Positions 59,630 to 64,000 of a DNA stretch of 64,000 nucleotides are shown piece by piece; within the stretch, counting starts at the first letter, position 1, and each line of letters starts with the position of its first letter. A program made the translations under genes and the position numbers. The DNA is from the human T2T-CHM13v2.0 reference genome, Homo sapiens, in NCBI RefSeq assembly GCF_009914755.1, contig NC_060939.1; one strand, written 5' to 3'. The notes under the pieces are model-generated. The model saw only the letters and a program-made list of their open reading frames with translations. It made no database searches and was not told the DNA's origin.

Positions 59630-61100
59630 GAAACCCTGCTGTGTAGCCTCTAAAAAACAATATACTTCAGAACCCAGTGGCTTTGTCTAAATGGAAACAT
59701 TTCCACATAAAATTCAACTCAAAAGCTTTTGGACCACATATTTGTCTAAATAGTATATGTCTGATTCTTTAGTAAACATGATCTAAGCTCAGGCCTTGCA
59801 ATGAAACAGACTTAATAAAATACACTTCAAATACCATGATCTTAAAGACAAGTTCCAAGATAACTTTAATGCCAATCAGAGACTTACAAATGCTTGTTTC
59901 TGAATTTCAATGTGTATTTTAAAAATCCTTAAAAAAAATACCACTTTTCTCTTAATGCTATCCTTTTGTAAGTTTATAAATGCTTCCTCTGAGAAGACCA
60001 ACTATAATCTCATGAAATATACTAATAAATAGTTTACATTTTATTGAATTTTAAAAATCTTTCCCATTAAAACCACAGAGTATTTTTTTTAGCTATGTTT
60101 TGTAAATATTTTAGTACCTGTTTTACAAAGAGGTTCTTTTTTCTCTTTCTCTGAAAGGAATAAAATCTTTCTGTTTTATAAAGGGCCATACTCAGATTTT
60201 TAAAACCCATAAGTAATAACTTTCAAAGACCCAAGTGTTTACATCAAATAATGCTATCTGTGTGCTCTGGTATCTCAGGACTTACATGGTATGGTTGTGA
60301 ACTTTTAGCAAATGAGGTAACTTGATCAAATTAACTAATCCAAGAGAAGAAAGGCTTCTTAGTATGCTTCTCTCCTGGGTGGTAAGTCACCAGTTCTTCC
60401 CTCATTCTGACTACCTTAGCTAAAAAGTGGCACTTGGGGAATGGGATCAGATTTGGGCCACCAGCATTCAGGAAGTTCCTGATTCACTGCTCAAACTTTG
60501 TCTCTCTTAAGCCTGTGACCAGAAGTTCTAAAAGGGTTGTGCTATATAGGAAAATTCCAGCAATATCTGTCACTCAGTACATAGAGAAACAAGATATGGT
60601 AGAGAAATTTGACTTTGCAACCTCGTCAACGAGCCACATTTCATTCTAGCTGTGGACTCTACACTCAGGGAGATGAAAATGGCAGCAAAGAACAGTGTGC
60701 TCAGCTCCTCAGGCTCCCCTTCACCCTTAACCAACAAGCCCGCCACTGGTAGATATGAGAGCTCAGGAGAGCCTGTGCTTTTGAGTGTACTCCAAGTTAA
60801 GGGCTTCCCTCCCCAGCCTGTGGACAGCCTACCAGAACTACGGCAGTGAGTCATAGAGCTGCCTATGAATTAGAAGTCATGGAGTCCCCTCTATAATCTA
60901 GACTGGAGCCTACTATAACCACTGTTTCCCTACTGACTTCCCAAATCAGAAGGAGTCAAATCGGAAATTCACTTACAAATTCAAAATATCAAAATAGACT
61001 TGGTCAGAAAGCATCAATTGCCTTTATTGGGGGATACTTGTAAACTAAAGTTAGGATTAAATAGAAGTATTTACTAAAAAAAAAAAAAAGGTATAATTAC

Positions 61101-61109
61101 CTTGTCATC
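61101..61109 (-). CDS. MYO5A: Myosin Va alternative microexon B (DDK, 9 nt)
   Basis: ttctcag|GAT GAC AAG|gtaatt; matches the known 3-aa neuronal exon B involved in DYNLL2/DLC2 binding. Confidence 0.93.
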
Positions 61110-62140
61110 CTGAGAATCACAAGTCAGCAAGCACAAAAAACAGAGAAAACAATAAACCCTTAGTTCCATAAATAAATTTCATCAATGAGTTCCTATTATA
61201 ACAGATAAAAAAGCTAATTTAAAAACAGCCATGAGTTGTTTCTCTAAAATTAACTCTATATATACATTAACATTCCTGGAACTGTCATAAAACAGAGACT
61301 AATATATATTTATATGTTGACAACTTCTATTTCCAGGAACAAATGCTTGAAATTCTTTTAAAATTGTTTTGATTTTTCTGGTTATAAAATATCTTTGAGT
61401 ATGTGAGAGAATGACCCTCCTGTTATTTGTGGGTGAAATTCTTATCGTAGGTCTGTGGAGTTAAAGTTATGTCTCTCACAGAAGTCGTTTGTCCAAGGGA
61501 AGATTCCCAGAATACTCTAGAGGTGGAGCCAATACACAAGACCTGCCTGGGCTGGATCATTCCCTAGCTCACAGGGTGTTGCTCACCACTGCCCTGCAAT
61601 GGAGTGGTGACATGATGTGTCTCTCAGACTAGAAACTGAGTGAGACAAACAGCCCTGGGGAGTCTGGAAGATCTTAATTAGTGTCAAGGGCATTTCTCCT
61701 AGGATGGGACACGAGTGCTACCATGTTTAGGCTGGGAGCTGAGGAACTTAGGTACCTCAGTTGGACCGGGTCAGCCCATTAGGGTCAGGAGAGCAGCTGT
61801 CACATGGGGTACGTGAGCCGGGCAAGGGAGAATGTGTGATAGCAGAACTATGTGCTCTGTTAGCTGGACTGTTTTTATGTCCTTTGCTTCATTTTTCTTT
61901 TCCTTTCTCTTGATTTTTACTAAAATTTCTTGTGAGATTACCACATTGCAACCCCATAAATATATACAATTATTATTTGTCAATTAACATTTTTTTAAGA
62001 AAGAATACTAATTTGTCTCAAGAAAACTAGAGAAAGGAATCTTGATTTTGGACTCTGCTCAAGCTAGATTGCAAGCCTTGTTTCTTGAGGCCCAGCCACA
62101 GTGGTAGCCAAGGGAACCAACTGTGACAGCCCTGGGGTAA

Positions 62141-62516
<376 letters not shown>

Positions 62517-63538
62517 TGTGATTTATTTTAAAGTAAGAAAGCCCATTTCTCTATATAACTCCACTATTACAGGAATTTTATTCCCCCAAATTAGTCAAAC
62601 ATCTTGTTTTTAGAATTTGATATTTTTTGGACCAGTGTTGATCTCAGGTGTGAGTTGCCTTCATCAAGTCCGATTATACGTGCCAGGCACAGTATCTAAA
62701 CTGCATGCAGAAATATCATTTCTAAGAGGAGTACTCTCAGATTTTCAGGCATCCAGCTCATTATATATCATGGATTTTTTTATATGACACACCACACAGT
62801 TGGGATGCTTGACTGCCTTGAGTCCTGTGATGCTCTGCTGTGTGCACAAGGGCAGGGAGGCAGGCCAGGTTTTCAAGGTGATCACTCAGATTCCCTCTGG
62901 TGGCAAATGACAGAAAGGCCCATCTCTCTTCAGCATACGGCAGCACTGGGTCTCAAATGAAGGCAGGGAAGGACTTCAAAGGGCCATCTATATCCTCAGT
63001 GCAGGAGTCCTCTCTGTTGAATCCTTAAACAGCCCCTCCCACTGGGACATCACCCCGCTACTAAACAGAACTGCCTAAAGTGAGCAGAAATCATCTCCAT
63101 GTAACTTCCACTCACTGATGTCACTTCTAACCGGTTCATCTGTTACTTCTCCAATTAAACCAGCTATTTTTGACAAATGATTTTAAAGTTGTATTTAATG
63201 CCTTCCCGCAGTAAGAAAATTTAGAGATTTTTGTATTTAATAAAATTTTATTTCAGATTAAAATTTATTGTGGCCAGATTACTACAAAAAGATTAATTTT
63301 AAAACTCATGAGAGATGAAACTTTGTGATCATTTGGGATTCCCCTGGCTTTTTGCTCATTCCAATTTATACTTACAATAGTTTTAAACAACACTGGGATT
63401 TTTTTAAAAAAATAATGAATCCTCAATTAGATTAAAAATGCTCTTAAGTGTTTGCTGCATTATAAACTGGAGGGAAGGGATAAGAAGATATTGAGGCCAG
63501 TCCCCGAACACCCAGTTTAATTGTGTGCTTGCGCTTAC

Positions 63539-63766
63539 CTTGGGTTGGATGGCCTCTTTCTGGCTCACCAGTTGAGACCTTAAGATGAGGACTTCCTCCT
63601 TGCGGACATCAAGCTCCTCGCTCACAGAGGTCAGCTGCTCCATGAGGACACGGTAGGCAGGTGCACCTGGGGCGGTCACCTCTGGGGCACTTTTCTCACT
63701 GAGGGCCTTGCGCAACTCATTTAGCTCATTCTTCAGTTTTTTGTTTTCTGATTCTAGTTCTTGACG
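63539..63766 (-). CDS. MYO5A: Myosin Va tail exon A (RQELESEN...EAIQPK, 228 nt, phase 0-0)
   Basis: tacag|CGT...AAG|gtaagc; 76 codons matching the myosin Va medial tail. Confidence 0.97.
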
Positions 63767-64000
63767 CTGTATGAAAAGACAAAGAAAAGTTCATTGCTGT
63801 CATCCTCAACTTTACGTTGGATGCTCAAACTTCTCCCAAGCTGGTAGAAGAATTCTGCTGAAAAAGTTCATCAGAGTTACCCTAGTGAATGGCTTCCTAG
63901 GTTCTGCCAGGAGCCCTGCTTTGCAAATTAAGGAAGTCTGACATCAAGTAGAATTGAGCAAGGTCAATGGAAGTTTGCTTCATCAGCCCAAATTCCAGAG

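Noticed and set aside
60777-60786. GCTTTTGAGT complementary to the duplicated 22-mers, a possible docking site
   Set aside because: Only 10 nt; plausible by chance without conservation data
62890-62908. Partial CTCF-like motifs (also ~3369 and ~21392)
   Set aside because: Incomplete matches that cannot be called from sequence alone

Overview
Primate, almost certainly human, genomic DNA at the MYO5A/MYO5C locus (recognised as 15q21.2 from the encoded peptides). Both genes are on the minus strand, head-to-tail. From 63766 down to 25984 lie the last 15 coding exons of MYO5A (myosin Va): the alternatively spliced tail region (exons A, B [9-nt DDK microexon], C, D, E, F), the distal coiled coil and the globular cargo-binding tail. 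I checked splice sites and codon phases by hand; one intron is GC-AG. A ~6.4 kb 3'UTR ends at an AATAAA near 19576. An ~11.5 kb intergenic stretch made mostly of transposon relics follows. Next come the CpG-island promoter and first coding exon (MAVAELYTQ, 7897-7923) of MYO5C, with its intron 1 running to the window start. Most ORF-track entries are spurious (Alu or GC-rich). I see no evidence of a wholly new multi-gene system. The best second-look items are: a duplicated exon C acceptor region with a candidate in-frame 21-nt cryptic microexon; an L1 3' transduction with TSDs; the splicing-factor motifs around exons B, D and F; the weak-ended, frame-symmetric GC-donor exon; a strong-context uORF and a ZEB/SNAI E-box cluster at MYO5C; and a long ancient CR1 reverse-transcriptase relic between the genes. 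Repeat boundaries are approximate and subfamily names are from memory.
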